This document shows positions 1 to 13,649 of a stretch of DNA of 64,000 nucleotides, one piece after another. The stretch lies in assembly GCA_964106915.2 (NCBI GenBank), contig OZ066919.1. One strand, 5' to 3'. Below the pieces are notes generated by a model, which saw only the letters and a list, made by a program, of their open reading frames with translations, did not search any database and had not been told where the DNA came from. Source of the stretch: Podarcis gaigeae (lineage: Eukaryota). How positions within the stretch are numbered: the stretch's first letter is position 1; each line of letters begins with the position of its first letter. The translations under genes were made by a program, and so were the position numbers.

Positions 1-26
1 GCCACCCATGCCTCCATCACTAGCCA
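1..26 (+). CDS. TEAD3: TEAD3 partial exon (PPMPPSLA-S)
   Basis: Donor A|GTAAGT at 27; phase 1 joins exon 1565. Confidence 0.8.
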
Positions 27-3000
27 GTAAGTGATTTTGTTTCTCCAACTAACTGATGCTCTGCCTCATAACGTTTTCTTGGCTCCCCTGTCACCACCAG
101 CACCCAGTCCTGTTTATTCATACAGACAGTTCTAGCTGTTTACTCAGGACCTCACTGAGAGCTTGAACATTTTTCTTGGCCCAGCCATGATGGTGAATCT
201 CTTTGATTTCATTCATAGAAACTGAATGCCTTATTGTCTATTCCAAAAGGTTGATTCTTTCCATCCTGCCATTAGCGGTGATGGTACCTGTAGGTTCTCC
301 CCACCCTCATAGAGCTTTCAGGGTGCAATTTAGATTGGGGAAAAACAGTGCAGTGGAGAGGGCTAACCATTTCTCCCTTGCTGTTGCTGGCCTAATTCAG
401 CCCCCTTCCGTGCCACTTGATAAGCCTTTCAAAAAAAAAAAAAAAAGGATGATCTACTCATGGGTTTTCCATCATCTCACCTGCTTTGAGTGAGAGGGAT
501 TCTACCTTCACATTTGCCTAGGATGTTTCTGTATGATGAAGATGAAAGCAGAGTTATCATGGACCGCCTTGTCTTCCCAACCATGGTCACATTTTGCTTG
601 CAAGGAAATATGGCAAAAGCACTGAAATAAAATATAAATAAATGCTTCTTTTTACACCTTAGCTGCTTCCAGTTTTTAAAATTTGACTCAGTAAATGATG
701 TTTTGCATTTAGTTATTTGAGCAAAGCTTTTTATATTTTAACTAGCCTCTATGCTGCCCTTTGATCTCTTCATATTACCCACAGAATGTCATCTGTGAGA
801 TGGATTGTGTAGATGGAAGACAATTTTTGTAGCAGGAAATGATGCAGTCAATCAGGAAGCCCATCTGTCCTGTCCAGTGATCTTCTTGATGCTCTAAAGT
901 AGAGTTTTCTAAACTCTGTGTCGCAACACGTTACTGTGTCCACTGCAGTGTGTAGGTGTGTTGCGAAAATGCTCCCCACGCTCCTCCTGGGGCTGGAGAG
1001 GGGTTGGTTTAACTTCCGGTTTGCCAGTAAAATCGAATTACTGTGTCGTGAAATGATGCATGTCTAAAAACTGTGTCAGCAACATGAAAAGTTTGGAAAG
1101 CTCTCCTCTAAAGACACCTCCATGGTAGTAGAAGGGTAGCTTCCTGGATTGCTGTAGTACTTGGGAGTTATAAATTGTATTTTATCTAGGGAGTACAGTC
1201 TGCTTCATTCCTCTTTGCTTCATCTGGAGTTTAAGAGATTACACCTTTTTTGTTTACAAACTGTCTTGCTTAGCGTTCAGGGGAAATTAATCCATTTCAG
1301 TTCTCCCGTCTTCTAAATGCATGGGCATCCCAGAGCTATTACAAATATGAAATGCTTAAAAATGAAATTTGAATCATTACAATTTCAGAGAGTCCTGTTG
1401 CATTAGAACTGCCATCTGGGCAATAAAGAAGGAAATAGTCCTTGGCTTCTTGGAAGGAAGGCAACTAGGCTAAATGGGGGAGCATTAAAGGGTTGTCCCC
1501 ATCTCTGCAGCTGAAACCTCCCCCTTCAGTGCTCAAGAATGTGGCAACACTTTCTTTTTTCCAGGCTACGAGCCCCTGGCTCCTCTCCCACCTGCTGCCT
1601 CGGCTGTGCCAGTCTGGCAGGACCGCACCATCGCCTCCACCAAACTGCGGCTCCTTGAGTATTCAGCGTTTATGGAAGTGCAGCGTGACCCTGAAACGGT
1701 AACTCTTAGGGGGAAAATGTTTGGCACTGCAGAAGCTGGTGGCAAAGGTGTTTTTCAGCTCTTACAGTGCATGGGGTCTTCAGAAAACTGCCCTCTTTTC
1801 TAACCTGCATAAAGCCTGGCATTCACTTACCAGCCCCGTGTAATAAATGCTGCCAGAGACTCAAGCTCTGGTCTCCCTGTGCTGTTTTGTGTAATGTAGA
1901 CACATATCACATTGGCTGTATTTTTACAGCCCTTTTGTCTAGGCTGGAGTCGCCAATGCCATGCAGCTTCCATCAACTCTGGTTATTACCCATGCTGGCC
2001 TGAGCTGTTGGAAGTTGGAGCTCAACAACATCTGGAGATGTTGGCTGCTCCTGGTCTGGATGGTGGTAGCTGGCAATAAGGCAGCTGAGTTTTGCATTTT
2101 GCAGTGTCAGCAGGAGTATCTGATTCCCTTTGTCATGGCTTAATCTTTGTAGTGGAGAACGCTACCTTCCGCTCCCACATTTTTTGCCTTTTGTGTTTCC
2201 CACCCTACAGTATAGCAAGCACCTCTTTGTGCACATTGGACAGACGAACCCCTCGTACAGCGACCCACTGCTGGAGGCAGTGGACATCCGCCAGATCTAT
2301 GACAAGTTCCCTGAGAAGAAAGGTGGCCTGAAGGAGCTCTATGAGAGGGGGCCCCAGAACTCCTTTTTCCTGGTCAAGTTCTGGGTAAGAATCATGCAGC
2401 CCAAAGCCGAACAATGCCTCTGAAAAAGCCATTATTGAGCACTTCTTCATCGGACAAGGCAGCTAAGGAAATTAGACCAGAGGACCATGTTTACATTATT
2501 CTCCTATATGAATGTGGATGTTGTTTGGACGATGGGACGGGGGATGCTTTCTGGCCTCAGATTCTCCACACAGCAGTGGGCAGTCACATGTTTGATGTGG
2601 TGTTGCCTGGCTTTATATGCTAATCAGGCTTGACCCAGGCATCTTGGTAGAAGAACCTAAGGGATATTAAAAATGAAATGAAATTCTGAAGGGGTCTGGG
2701 GGAAAGGGTTCATCTTTTAGAAAAAGAGCTGCATTCAATAGCATGTTTTGAGGTCTAAGCAATACCATGGTATTTTTCTCACACAAATGTTCATAGAATC
2801 ATAGACTCTATAAAAGTTGGAAGGGACCCCCAAGGGGCATCTAGTCCAACCCCCTGCAATGCAGGAATCTCAGCTAAAGCATCCCTGACAGGTGGCCTTC
2901 CAACCTCTGCCTAAAAACCTCCAAGGAAGAAGAGACCACCACCTCTTGTGGGAGTCTGTTCCACTGCCAAACAGCTCTTACTGTCATAAAGTTTTTTCGA

Positions 3001-5967
3001 ATGTTTAGTCGGAATCTCCTTTCTTGTAACTTGTAAGCCATTGGTTCGAGTCCTACCCTCCAGAGCAGGAGAAAACAAGCATGTTCCCTCTTCCATTTGA
3101 TAGCCCTTAAGATATTTGAAGATGGCTATCATATCTCCTCCCAGTCTCTTCTTTTCCAGGCTAAACATACCCATCTTCTTCAAGCGCTTCTCATAAGGCT
3201 TAGTTTCCAGATCCTTTATCATCTTGGTTGCCCTCCTCTGAACACATTCAGGCTCCCATAGCACATACTGCAAGACCAGCTGGCGTTTTATATTGACTTT
3301 GCTCTACCATCTGAATTTTTTAATGCCACTTGGCAGCATTCAGCCTGGTTTGAGCCTCCTTTGGAATTGTGACTTAGTATTGCCTAAAAGCTGTCACTCT
3401 CACCTGCCCCCAAATCTTAAAAGCTGTTGTCATCCCACACTAAGCATTTTCAGTTCGTCTTCTCAGCCTTTAGTCAAAAATACATGAGCCGATGTGGTCC
3501 AGCCTGGAATGCTTGTGAGACTTCATTTCAAATTCCAGCTCAGCTGTGGACTTGGGGCGAGTCACCTCCATTCTCCATCTGCAAAATGAACATAACAGCA
3601 AAGAGTGGCAGTGAGGATGAATGATATAAGGGCTAGAAAGCAGCTTGCTATTTTTAAATACTTATGTCAATAATTTGCAATATCACCATGAATACACTTC
3701 TCTGTTGGCATCTTCGCTCCCCTCAGTCGGAGACCTCTGCGCCCCAAGCCGAAAGCCACAATCCGTACTTGATTTATAATACCTCCTTCCTTGCCTTTGC
3801 TCTAGGCGGATCTGAACAGCACCATTCAGGATGGTCCTGGTGCTTTTTATGGCGTAAGCAGTCAGTATAGCAGTGCAGAAAACATGACCATCACAGTCTC
3901 CACTAAAGTGTGCTCCTTCGGAAAGCAAGTAGTCGAGAAGGTGGAGGTGAGTCCTGCGCTTCCTTTGGGTGTGGTACCAGCAGGAAGGGAATGTTGCAGA
4001 GTGGGTGAAGAGCATAGCAGTTAATGTGGGACTGGAAGTTAAGTTCTTGGGAAGAACGTACAGCCCACGGGGAAAGTGCTTTGAGGCTCTTTTAAGTGCT
4101 AACAGTACATGTGTAATAAGTAGCAATGCATGCGTTATCAGAATGTAAGTATAGTCCTCTCTTCCTTTCCCCCTGCTGATTAATTAAGGAAAATTAGGGT
4201 GTGCCACCTCTCCAGTTCTCCTACACCAAGCTTGAATGCCATCCAATACACAATAATAAATAAATAAACAAATCTCTCTCATATTATTGCACCTTCAGTG
4301 GCTTCTTTGTTAGGGTCTATACCTTATTGATGCTTTCTCTACAGACGGAATTTGCCCGGATGGAGAACGGACGGTGTGTGTACCGAATCCATCGGTCCCC
4401 CATGTGCGAGTATATGATCAACTTTATCCATAAACTGAAACACCTCCCAGAAAAATACATGATGAACAGCGTCCTGGAGAATTTCACCATCCTGCAGGTA
4501 AATAACATTTTCCTTCTTTCCTGAATCCTTTCCAGCTGGTGCAAGGAGTAACTTCTGTCTGGGTGTTCATAGTAGGCTTTTCATGGCTGAAGAAAGCAAC
4601 TGGATAGTTTCAGATTTGGTCATACTTGGAGTAAAAACCCATTGAAATCAATTGTGGAAGTTAGGTCATTGGTTTCAATTAGTTTACCCGTAATATGACT
4701 AAATTTGGGCCTGTAGCAGCAAGGCAGACCCCTTCATCTGCCCCACTTGTAATAAAACCTCTCTCTCCCCTACAGCTACAAGCAGGTGCTGTATCTCTCC
4801 AATGGTTTGACTTTAGGCACACTCTTCCATTGTCCCCCAAGACAGATGGATGCCAATAACAAGGATCCAACCAAAATAACAATTGCATTCCTTTTCTCCT
4901 GTTGTTTTTTATTCTACCTTTCAATGTCATGCTCATCATCTGCTTTCAAGAAGGCAATGGCTTGTCATGAAGACATTTCTTATGAGGAAAATATTTTGTT
5001 CAGCACATGTGAGATTCTTTGGCAAGGACAAGCTCATGTAGTCTGTTCCTCATTTAAAGTGCTGTCCTGCCATCCATTATATGTGTTGGCTCAGTTGACT
5101 AACTTGCTGCAGTCCTTAATCCCCACTTCAAAATATTTTTATTTGATCAGATGGGCATTTGTCTCATCCTTGCAAGTAGAGAGGAGGTTAATTTTACCAA
5201 TGTCTTAGATTCATTCTCAGGTACAGAAGAGTGGTAACGTTATCTTCACCACTTTGCAGGTTATAGGCAATCCGTTAAAAGTTACCACTTAAATCTTAAA
5301 TCACCCCTATCTTTAGAATTGTGGCTTTGATTTTTGAGATTTTGTAATTCATCAAATAAGTCCTACTGAAATCAAGTGGATAGAAGGTAAAAGTAAAGAA
5401 GATCAAAATAATATTTTGTACTTGGGTGCAGATAACTACATCTGTATTATGCTTGTTGATTGTGATGTGAATGGTTAAATTGCAACAGGGAAAGGATCAA
5501 TCTTCTGCTTCCATATTTTAAAAGAGATGGTGGCTATTGAAATAAGCATGCCCTTTGCAGCTGTTGCAATTTCCACCTTCCTCTCAAATCTCATTTTCAT
5601 TTTGTGTCATGACTCTTTAGATAGTGATGTGCAAGCCACTCTGGGACTCCCTTTTCTGCTGAAGAGTGGGAGACCGTAATTTTCTAAAGAAATAAAGTAC
5701 TCAGCTTCTGTACCTGAGTACAAAATACAGTATGAGAGCTCGTACTATAGGAACCCAGCTCAAAAAACTATGCCATTTCTCTGGTCTCAATGTCTGACTT
5801 TCCCAGTCCATCTTCCCGTATCTCACAGTATGTGTGTGCTCTTCTTCCCTCAGGTTGTTACGAACAGAGATACCCAGGAAACCTTGCTCTGCATAGCCTT
5901 TGTTTTTGAGGTATCCACCAGCGAGCACGGAGCCCAGCATCATGTGTACAAGTTGGTCAAAGACTAG
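1..5967 (+). CDS. TEAD3: TEA domain transcription factor 3, 3' part (YAP/TAZ-binding domain); 5' exons lie upstream of the window
   Basis: Exons 1-26, 1565-1698, 2211-2384, 3806-3946, 4345-4497, 5854-5967, all GT-AG and in phase. Translation ...[112 protein letters not shown] matches TEAD3 specifically ([17 protein letters not shown]). Confidence 0.95.
900..1105. mobile_element. hAT-type MITE (non-autonomous DNA transposon)
   Basis: Imperfect TIRs (TAGAGTTTTCTAAAC / GTTTGGAAAGCTCTC) and a perfect 8-bp TSD CTCTAAAG at 892-899 and 1106-1113. Confidence 0.8.
1565..1698 (+). CDS. TEAD3: TEAD3 exon (YEPLAP...QRDPET)
   Basis: ttttttccag acceptor, ACG|GTAACT donor, TEAD homology. Confidence 0.93.
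2211..2384 (+). CDS. TEAD3: TEAD3 exon (YSKHLFVH...FLVKFW)
   Basis: ctacag acceptor, TGG|GTAAGA donor. Confidence 0.95.
2791..3250 (-). mobile_element. CR1 LINE 3' fragment
   Basis: Minus-strand [50 protein letters not shown] is the typical CR1 ORF2 C-terminus; CR1-type 3' end (ATTCTATGA-like repeats) at ~2791-2810. Confidence 0.9.
3806..3946 (+). CDS. TEAD3: TEAD3 exon (ADLNSTIQ...QVVEKVE)
   Basis: tctag acceptor, GAG|GTGAGT donor. Confidence 0.95.
4345..4497 (+). CDS. TEAD3: TEAD3 exon (TEFAR...NFTILQ), includes the palmitoylated Cys motif SPMCEY
   Basis: ctacag acceptor, CAG|GTAAAT donor. Confidence 0.95.
5854..5967 (+). CDS. TEAD3: TEAD3 last coding exon (VVTNRD...KLVKD*)
   Basis: ccctcag acceptor; TAG stop 5965-5967. 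Confidence 0.95.
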   Translation, partial: VVTNRDTQETLLCIAFVFEVSTSEHGAQHHVYKLVKD

Positions 5968-8900
5968 AGGCCCCCTTGGGGTGACCGGGCAATTTGAGGA
6001 AGAAGAGAAGAAGTCTTGTCAGAGAAGCCACCCGAATAGGATGCCTTGACGCAAGTCTTTTGAAAAATGAACACACAACACACACACAAAAAGCAATGCC
6101 AAAAAGACTGTATCACAATCACAGATGTTTTCTACTTAGGAACAATTTTTTTTAAAAGAAAAAAACAAGCAGAAAAGAAAAGCGTGACAGGAAAGCATAA
6201 CGGAAGGAGAGCTGTATCTGGAGGCAGCAAGGAGGAGGACTGTTCCTGGGGGCTCGGTCATCAGTATTTCAGGAGACATTGGCGCCAAGGCCTGGTACCT
6301 CTGGATATCTCTCCCGTCACACAACACTAGAACAGCATCAAGTGAAACGAGACTGCCAACTACTTCTTAATACCTGGATGTGCCTATATATCCCGTGCCA
6401 ATTTGTCCTCAAAACCTGGGTGGTTTCATTTAGAGAAAAGCGTTCTGAGAGGGCTGCTAAGGATGTCTGTTCTGGGAAGGGATGGGGAAATCAGATACTG
6501 CCTTGCTTATGTGACCGATTCCACTCTGTTCGAGACACCGACAAAGAAGAGGAAGAGTTTTCTTCCATCTCTTGACGCAGGCTGCTTGCAGAGCCAGCAC
6601 AGGGAATTGGCGGCTTGTGTCATGTGGCACACATGCCACCCATGGGTTAATTGCAAGAAAACGATTTTGTTTCAACATTTTCCTGGGCATTTTCTATTGC
6701 AGGATAGGGTGGTGGTGGGAGGGCGCCAGGAGTTGATTATGGCAGGAATGTGGCGCTTTTACATCCATGTCCCAGATGTTTGGATAATAGACAGGAGTAG
6801 GGTTGCAGGATCGTGTGTGTGTGTGTGCGCGCGCATGTGTTCGCCAGCAAGAAATGGAGAGACTTAAAGATATCTGTCTGTGGGATGTTAAAAGGTTAGA
6901 GTATGTATTAAGAGGAAGGAGGGGTGCTCAGCTGGAGGAGAGCAATTCAGGAAATCATAGATTTGGAGATTTGCATAGATTTGCAATCCTAGGGTTGCAG
7001 ATAAGCAGGCTGACTCTAGGTGAGCAATGAGATGACTGGAAAAATATTAGGGCTGGCTAAGGTTGAGTAACTTGGGGGGGGAATCTGAATTTGTATGGGA
7101 TTTTTAACCAGCTCTCAATGGAGCATTATTATTACATCTGCCATGTCAAAAACAGCATGTGATAAGCTTAGACCAAAGTTCTTGCTGCCTGGGCATTGTT
7201 CTGGTAAGGTATTAATTTCCCTTCTGCTTCTCTGTTCATCTGTGGTAGTCATCCAGGAAAGGGCATGATCCAAATATCACGATGCAAGTCTTTCCTCTGG
7301 ATTATGTACTTCCCACCTAGGATATCTTTGTGGAGGCTGCTAAAAAAAAAAACAACCAAAGCGAAAATTGCATATTCTGGCAGCCTAAACCCAAGGAGGT
7401 GCTGAAAGATGAAACAAAGTACAATATGTCATACAGAATCCCTCTTCATTTGAAAGCTGTACTGTTTGCTGTTGGAAATGCTGAAGAAAGTTTCTGTGTA
7501 GGGTTTAAGTATAAACATGAGCCCCTATACCTTAAGCTTGGAGACTAAGACAGTGGGCTTATGATTTAAATTGGTGCTTATAGGAATCCTGTTACATGAA
7601 CAGTGCCAAGATATCAGTAACCTCACTGTACGTGGCACCTCCAGGGCTCAGGCCCATAGGTTTCAGCTATACTTTGTCTAAATGCTAGTTTGTAGTTTTA
7701 AATAATAGAGGAACTAACAGAATGTAATATTTGTGCCTTCCTACCTTTCGTTTTTTACCATTGAACTTTTTTCTGTTTTGTCCTTCAGCTTTTCCCTGGC
7801 CACATGGTGATTTGTTTGCTTTTAAGTTGGTTGATTTTCATTTTTTAAGAGAATTCTCCTTGCTGCTCCATCCTTTCTTTAGTCTGGTATACTCTTACTC
7901 AACCCACTCAGACTAATCTCCACCCTATGCTGCCATGGGCCTGGTGAGATTCCTATGGAGAGGCCTCAAAACATTGGAAAAGGTGCAATACAGTGCAAAA
8001 GAAAAAGAAAAGCCATTTGCAAGCAAGGAGAGAATTTGAGGTTTCCACTTCTACGAGGAAATTGGAATGCACAGACTTGAGTTTGCAATTACATTTTTTT
8101 ATGCTTGGGGTATTTGACTATAGCTTTAAATGGAGGTTGGCCCCCAGTGCATAGTTCTCAAGGCTGGTTGAGTTATTTTGGCACCTGAGGCAGAAATTCC
8201 CACAGGTGCATCTTCCCACCCCTGGCAATAAATACTATAGTAACTTCACATGTTTCTGCCGTTTTCATGACACCTCAACACACCTGCCTGAGGAGACCAT
8301 TTCACTCTACCTAATGCTAGGACCAGACCCAATTTGTAAGAAGAGATTTCACCACAAGGATCATTTTCATAGTGATATCAAGATTTGTGCAAAGAGATTC
8401 CCAAAGAGACAGCAGAAGGGAGCTAGGAATTCAGAGTGTGTTGGCTGCGGACAAAAATGTCTGTTAAAAACAGATTGTGGTGACGCTGAAGTACTGGGTG
8501 CCTTTCATTGGAAATAAGGGTCAGGTTAAAATTTAGAGCTCCTCTCTTCTCCATTGTCTGCCTTAAAAGGTAGGAGATAATGTAATGGAGATGCCTCGTA
8601 AAGTCTTGATGTCTGGCTTTTCTGACTTGGGCCTCTCCTTCAGGCCTGGCCTGTATCACCACTGCATTGTTGATTTAGCACCCATGTTTCGACTGTGGAT
8701 GAAGGACTAGGTACAAAGGCATTGGCTAACTCAAACTTAAGTCTAGCTAACACAGACTAAGAATGTTCCCAGGATCCTTCGGACTGCCGTTTGAGTGCAA
8801 CATGCAGCTGAGAGGTGACACCATGAGAACAACCGACAGAATGGTTTCCCAGCTTTTTGAAGGACATTTATAATTAATGTAATAATTTTTTTCCTGTGAA

Positions 8901-10400
8901 GTGTTTTTAATTGATGCCACCCAAGAACTTCTGGAAAACTCCACTAGAATGTTGAAATGAACACTCCTCTGTGTGTTATGTGGGACCCCTGAGGTGGTAA
9001 CGCTAAGGGGAATGGTACGTGGGGACTGGTTTGGTAGAGCAGCAAGTCACAAATTGCTCAGGAACAGTGCCTTATTTTGCAACACATGTTGCACTCTTGG
9101 GGGATGAGCAACAGGTGCAGAAAGTTCTAAAAATCAGTTGTAATCTAAATTCAGGTGAGCACATCCTCTACCCCCTGCCTCCAGTGTGATAATCCTACTG
9201 CATTGCCTCTGGCAAAGCTGATGGTCTCATGCATCTCTGTGTGTGATGTTTTGGGCAAACTGGTCTCTCTAGTGCCACAACTCTTTCTCCAGTGTATTAT
9301 TACTCTTGGGAAGAACTGGCTACTTTGTAAAAGCCAGCTTGAAGTTCAGGTACGTTTCTGAGACCCCTGTGCATTGGGCGGGGGGAGAGGTACAACATCC
9401 TTGGAACTGAATAACAGTTATTGCTATTCTAGTGGGAGGAGGTAGAGTTAAAAGAGACAGGATGTTGAATTGCTTGTGATTACAGCCAGAGCCTCTGCAG
9501 CTGTAAAGAGAGGAGAGCTGGCTAGTTTATATGTAGCATGTTTATTTTCATTCCTAGATCCAAAACTCTGGGAATTAAGGTTAAAACCTTCCCTGTTCTC
9601 CTTAACCTATGTACAATAGAATTCCCTTTTCTGCTAAACATACTTTTTTAAGGGAGGGCATATATAAACCCCTGGGGCAGAGACTTCAGTGTACAACATG
9701 GGGAAAGTGGAGTAGAGCCTTAGTCTTGCCTAAACCCCAACTTTCTTATATAAAAACTGTTTCTTGTATTTTATCCACAATCTTCAACCCAGCTGGAGCC
9801 TTTGGAATAAACCTCCTCCAAAACTGGCCTATGTTACATTTCTCATCTTTCCCCTTTTCAGTCCTTCCATGCCATACCATTCTTGCTTTCAGTGCAACGT
9901 AGTTAGATCCATTCCCCAGCCTTCCTGCTTGTAGAATCCCCTACACAGGCCACAAGTCTGTGAGCACAAATAGACCTACAAACCACTGCCCACCTGGGTG
10001 TCCCTCAGAGAATGGCAGCAAGGCTAAAGAAACACCAGCTTCACAAATCTCTTAGTTGGACATAATACTGGTACCCAAAAACTCAAGTCACCAAGTCTCA
10101 TGTCACCCCACATCCCATGTATTTATGAATTTCACATGAAGTACTGTTTTATTTTTTTAAAGACTTTGTAAAGCTTACCAGGGTTATGGTCACCTTTTTT
10201 AGAGCTCTGTCAGTCCACATTGTAAAACCATTTTTATGTATTATATTTTGTGTATTTTTTTTTAATCCAGCTGTGATGGGTTGTATCATATATTGTTGTG
10301 TTTACTGTATGTCCATCTTCAAGTAGATGAGACAGTGGAGCTTCTAGAAAGCTATGGTCTGCTGAAAACTATTAAACTTATTTGTTCATGGGTTGGCTCA
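5968..10400 (+). other. Putative long TEAD3 3'UTR; candidate poly(A) signals ATTAAA 10371-10376 and a distal AATAAA 11421-11426
   Basis: Repeat-poor region after the stop, with an AU/U-rich block at ~10120-10310 preceding ATTAAA. End point is inferred. Confidence 0.45.
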
Positions 10401-10813
10401 AACACCTGTTCGCATTCTTCCCTTTATTTTCTTTTATATGTTCATGAGCATTTTACTAGCAATAAGAAGCTGCAGTTGGATCCACCTCATCAGCCCCTAT
10501 CAGCAGAAGTCCTCCACAGGGACTTGTGCAGCTGGGCACTCTCCTCCCCATGTGCTCCCCCCACATCCTCTAAAATTGGGGAAGGAGTGTCAGGAAAAAA
10601 TCCACAAGGGGAGACGGTACGGCGTATCATTCCACCTGACAAGCTGGATGCTTGCACAGATTGAACGATGAGAAGAGTGCAGCTTTTAATTCCACCACTT
10701 GTCCATAATGTTTTACCAGGCCATAATCTACACTGGTCTGTGTATTTATATACGTCTACAATCTCACTGGGTGAGGGGAGGGTTTTGTATTGCATTCAGC
10801 CTTCATTTGTGTT

Positions 10814-10949
10814 CAGTGTTTCCCAACCTTTGGTCTCCAGCTCTTTTTGGACTACAATTCCCATCATCCCTGACCTTTGGTCTTGCTAGCTAGGGATGAT
10901 GGGAGTTTTAGTCCAAAAACAGCTGGAGACCAAAGGTTGGGAAACACTG
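10814..10949. mobile_element. Palindromic hAT-like MITE
   Basis: CAGTGTTTCCCAACCTTTGGTCTCCAGCT...AGCTGGAGACCAAAGGTTGGGAAACACTG; near-perfect fold-back over the whole 136 bp. No clear TSD. Confidence 0.8.
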
Positions 10950-11539
10950 GTGTAAATAGCTGTTTTTAAAAAATAATCGTGTTTAACATCTGCTTTGTGA
11001 CTGTGAAGTTATGACTGGTAGGATTTCAGGTCTGGCTTTCATACTTGGGAGTTAATTTGCTGAACCCAGTTTGGAAGCAATACTACTGTGTTCAGTCCAA
11101 ACGTACTTTTCTTTTCCGAAGCTTACAGAACTGGCACTCCGTGAAGTCATCAAGAAGCTTTCCCAATCCCCAAAGCAATTTGCACTGTTTTGTGAATGTG
11201 TTCTGTTTTAAACATTTTAAAACTGCCAGATGCCCAAAGGGAAATCACAATGCTCACAGCTGAGCTGGAGTTTTGACAGACAAATAAGCCAGTGAATCTG
11301 GCAGATTGCAAAGGTGTGAGGGATAGGCTCACAGCTGTTCTTCATATGTTCTTCATTTACCCCTTCTCAAAATGGAAGCCATGTATATTTTGCAAAATGT
11401 ATGTTTATGTGGGTGTGTGAAATAAATAGAAATGTGTTTGGATAATAATACATACTAGCTTCAAAGTATGCAGTTACAAGTGTGACTGGTTGCATTGAGA
11501 TGATCCTCTGTGGGCTTGACTACTTTCCTCCCCTCACAG

Positions 11540-12319
11540 ATGTGTTGTTTAGTCGTGTCCGACTCTTCGTGACCCCATGGACCAGAGCACGCCAGGCACT
11601 CCTATCTTCCACTGCCTTCCGCAGTTTGGTCAGACTCACGTTTGTAGCTTCGAGAACGCTGTCTAACCATCTTGTCCTCTGTCGTCCCCTTCTTCTTGTG
11701 CCCTCAATCTTTCCCAACATCAGGGTCTTTTCCAGAGAGTCTTCTCTTCTCATAAGGTAGCCAAAGTACTGGAGCCTCAGCTTCACGATCTGTCCTTCCA
11801 GTGAGCACTCAGGGCTGATTTCCTTAAGAATGGATACGTTTGATCTTCTTGCAGTCCATGGGACTCTCAAGAGTCTCCTCCAGCACCATAATTCAAAAGC
11901 ATTAATTCTTCAGTGATCAGTCTTCTTTATGGTCCAGCTCTCACTTCCATACATCACTACTGGGAATACCATAGCTTTTACTATACGGACCTTTGTTGGC
12001 AAGGTGATGTCTCTGCTTTTTAAGATGTTGTCTAGGTTTGCCATCGCCTTTCTCCCAAGCAGCAGGCGTATTTTAATTTCGTGACTGCTGTCACCATCTG
12101 CAATGATCATGGAGCCCAAGAAAGTAAAATCTCTCACTGCCTCCATTTCTTCCCCTTCTATTTGCCAGGAGGTGATGGGCCCAGTAGCCATGATCTTCGT
12201 TTTTTTGATGTTGAGCTTCAGACCATATTTTGCGCTCTCCTCTTTCACCCTCATTAAAAGGTTCTTTAATTCCTCCTCACTTTCTGCCATCAAGGTTGTG
12301 TCATCTGCATATCTGAGGT
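11540..12319 (-). mobile_element. RTE-BovB LINE, 5'-truncated
   Basis: Translation LRYADDTTLMAESEEELKNLLMRVKEES...YGSESWTIKK..AFELWCWRRLLRVPWTARRSN...RWLD..WRALVHGVTKSRTRL is BovB RT/C-terminus. One in-frame TGA at 11910-11912; truncated at the YADD motif. Confidence 0.95.
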
Positions 12320-13649
12320 ACGTAGTTTAATCAAGCCATATTTTGCCACTTACATGCAACGATAGAGTTTGAGTGAGCCATCCAAATTAGAATTGTAAAC
12401 TAGTTTGATCCTGGTTTATTAAGGCTTGCTGAAACCATAGATTTTAGGCTGGGTGTAATAGCAATCCATGGTTTGATTAGAACAGGGAGTAATGCAGAAG
12501 CTGTTCTCAAAAGGGGAAAAAGAAAGTGGGGAAGAAGAGAGCCCTCAAGCATATGGTTTGTTCACTGTTGGAATATCTGAATTTTACTGTTTGGTCCCTT
12601 GGTGGCATGAGGGTTTATTCAAATGTTTATGTTCACCTTGAACAATAAAACAGCCACTCTGACTAGCTAAAGTATGAACTCTGCTGCTTTGAATCAACTC
12701 TCAGTCAACAGATCAAACAGTACTTATTGGTCTTGGTATGGGGGAGTAACAAACAGGTGCCAGCAAAGAGAGATTAAGAATATGGATTCTTCGGTTTCAA
12801 GTAACCCAACTACTGGTATGGCTTTGCATAAATGGGCACAGGAATAAAGAAATAGTTTGTGTTGAAAGCAGCATCCTTTTTCAGTAGACATTTTCTTGAA
12901 AGGGCCTTCTCTCTTGTGAGAGCAAGAAGAGAAATACCTCTTTGAGGAGGGTTCCTGCCAGCTGTGTAATCTGTGAGTACTTCCAGTGGTGCCATTAGGG
13001 CTGGGTTTGAGGGTCCAAGTCAGGGCCAGGAAAAATAAGAGGTGGATGATGGGAGGTGGGCATATCTGGAGCTCAACAGCAGGCACTTCCCTGAGCTGGT
13101 TCATATGTAGAAAGGTGATGCTCTAGATACATTGTTTTGAGCCATGTAAAGGCTTTGAAGGTCCAAAGCAGCACTTTGAATTGCAGCTAGAAACAACTTG
13201 GCAGCTAGAAATTACAAGTGCTTCTTCTACTATTTTTACTTCAAGTATATACTCTGATGTTTCTACAACAAAATGGTGCTAGTTCCCATGCAAATGCATT
13301 TAACTTCAAGGCAGCAGAAGCAAACTCATTTACTCCTGTAATCACTATGGCACTATAAGTAAGTTTCAAATGTGAAACTGACCATGCTCAGAATTTCTTT
13401 CTTCTAATCAGGAACTTCCTACCCTCGGGGCCCCCTTGTGGGCCTGATTTTCAGCCCTCTCGAGTCACAAATTTATGTACTGTAAACTTCTATTGAAGCA
13501 CCGTTTGGGGTACTTAACAATAAATGCCTGAAAAGATAATGGGCTTAAAAACAACAACACTACAACAACCCACCAACTAAGGAATGCTATGTTATTTTTT
13601 GGTGTAATTTCCAAACACAGGCTTCTGGTGATTGACAAGAGAAGTGAAG

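Noticed and set aside
6279-7030. ORFs up to 154 aa downstream of the TEAD3 stop
   Set aside because: Within the presumed 3'UTR, no homology, and the TAG AGG stop context is not a readthrough motif.
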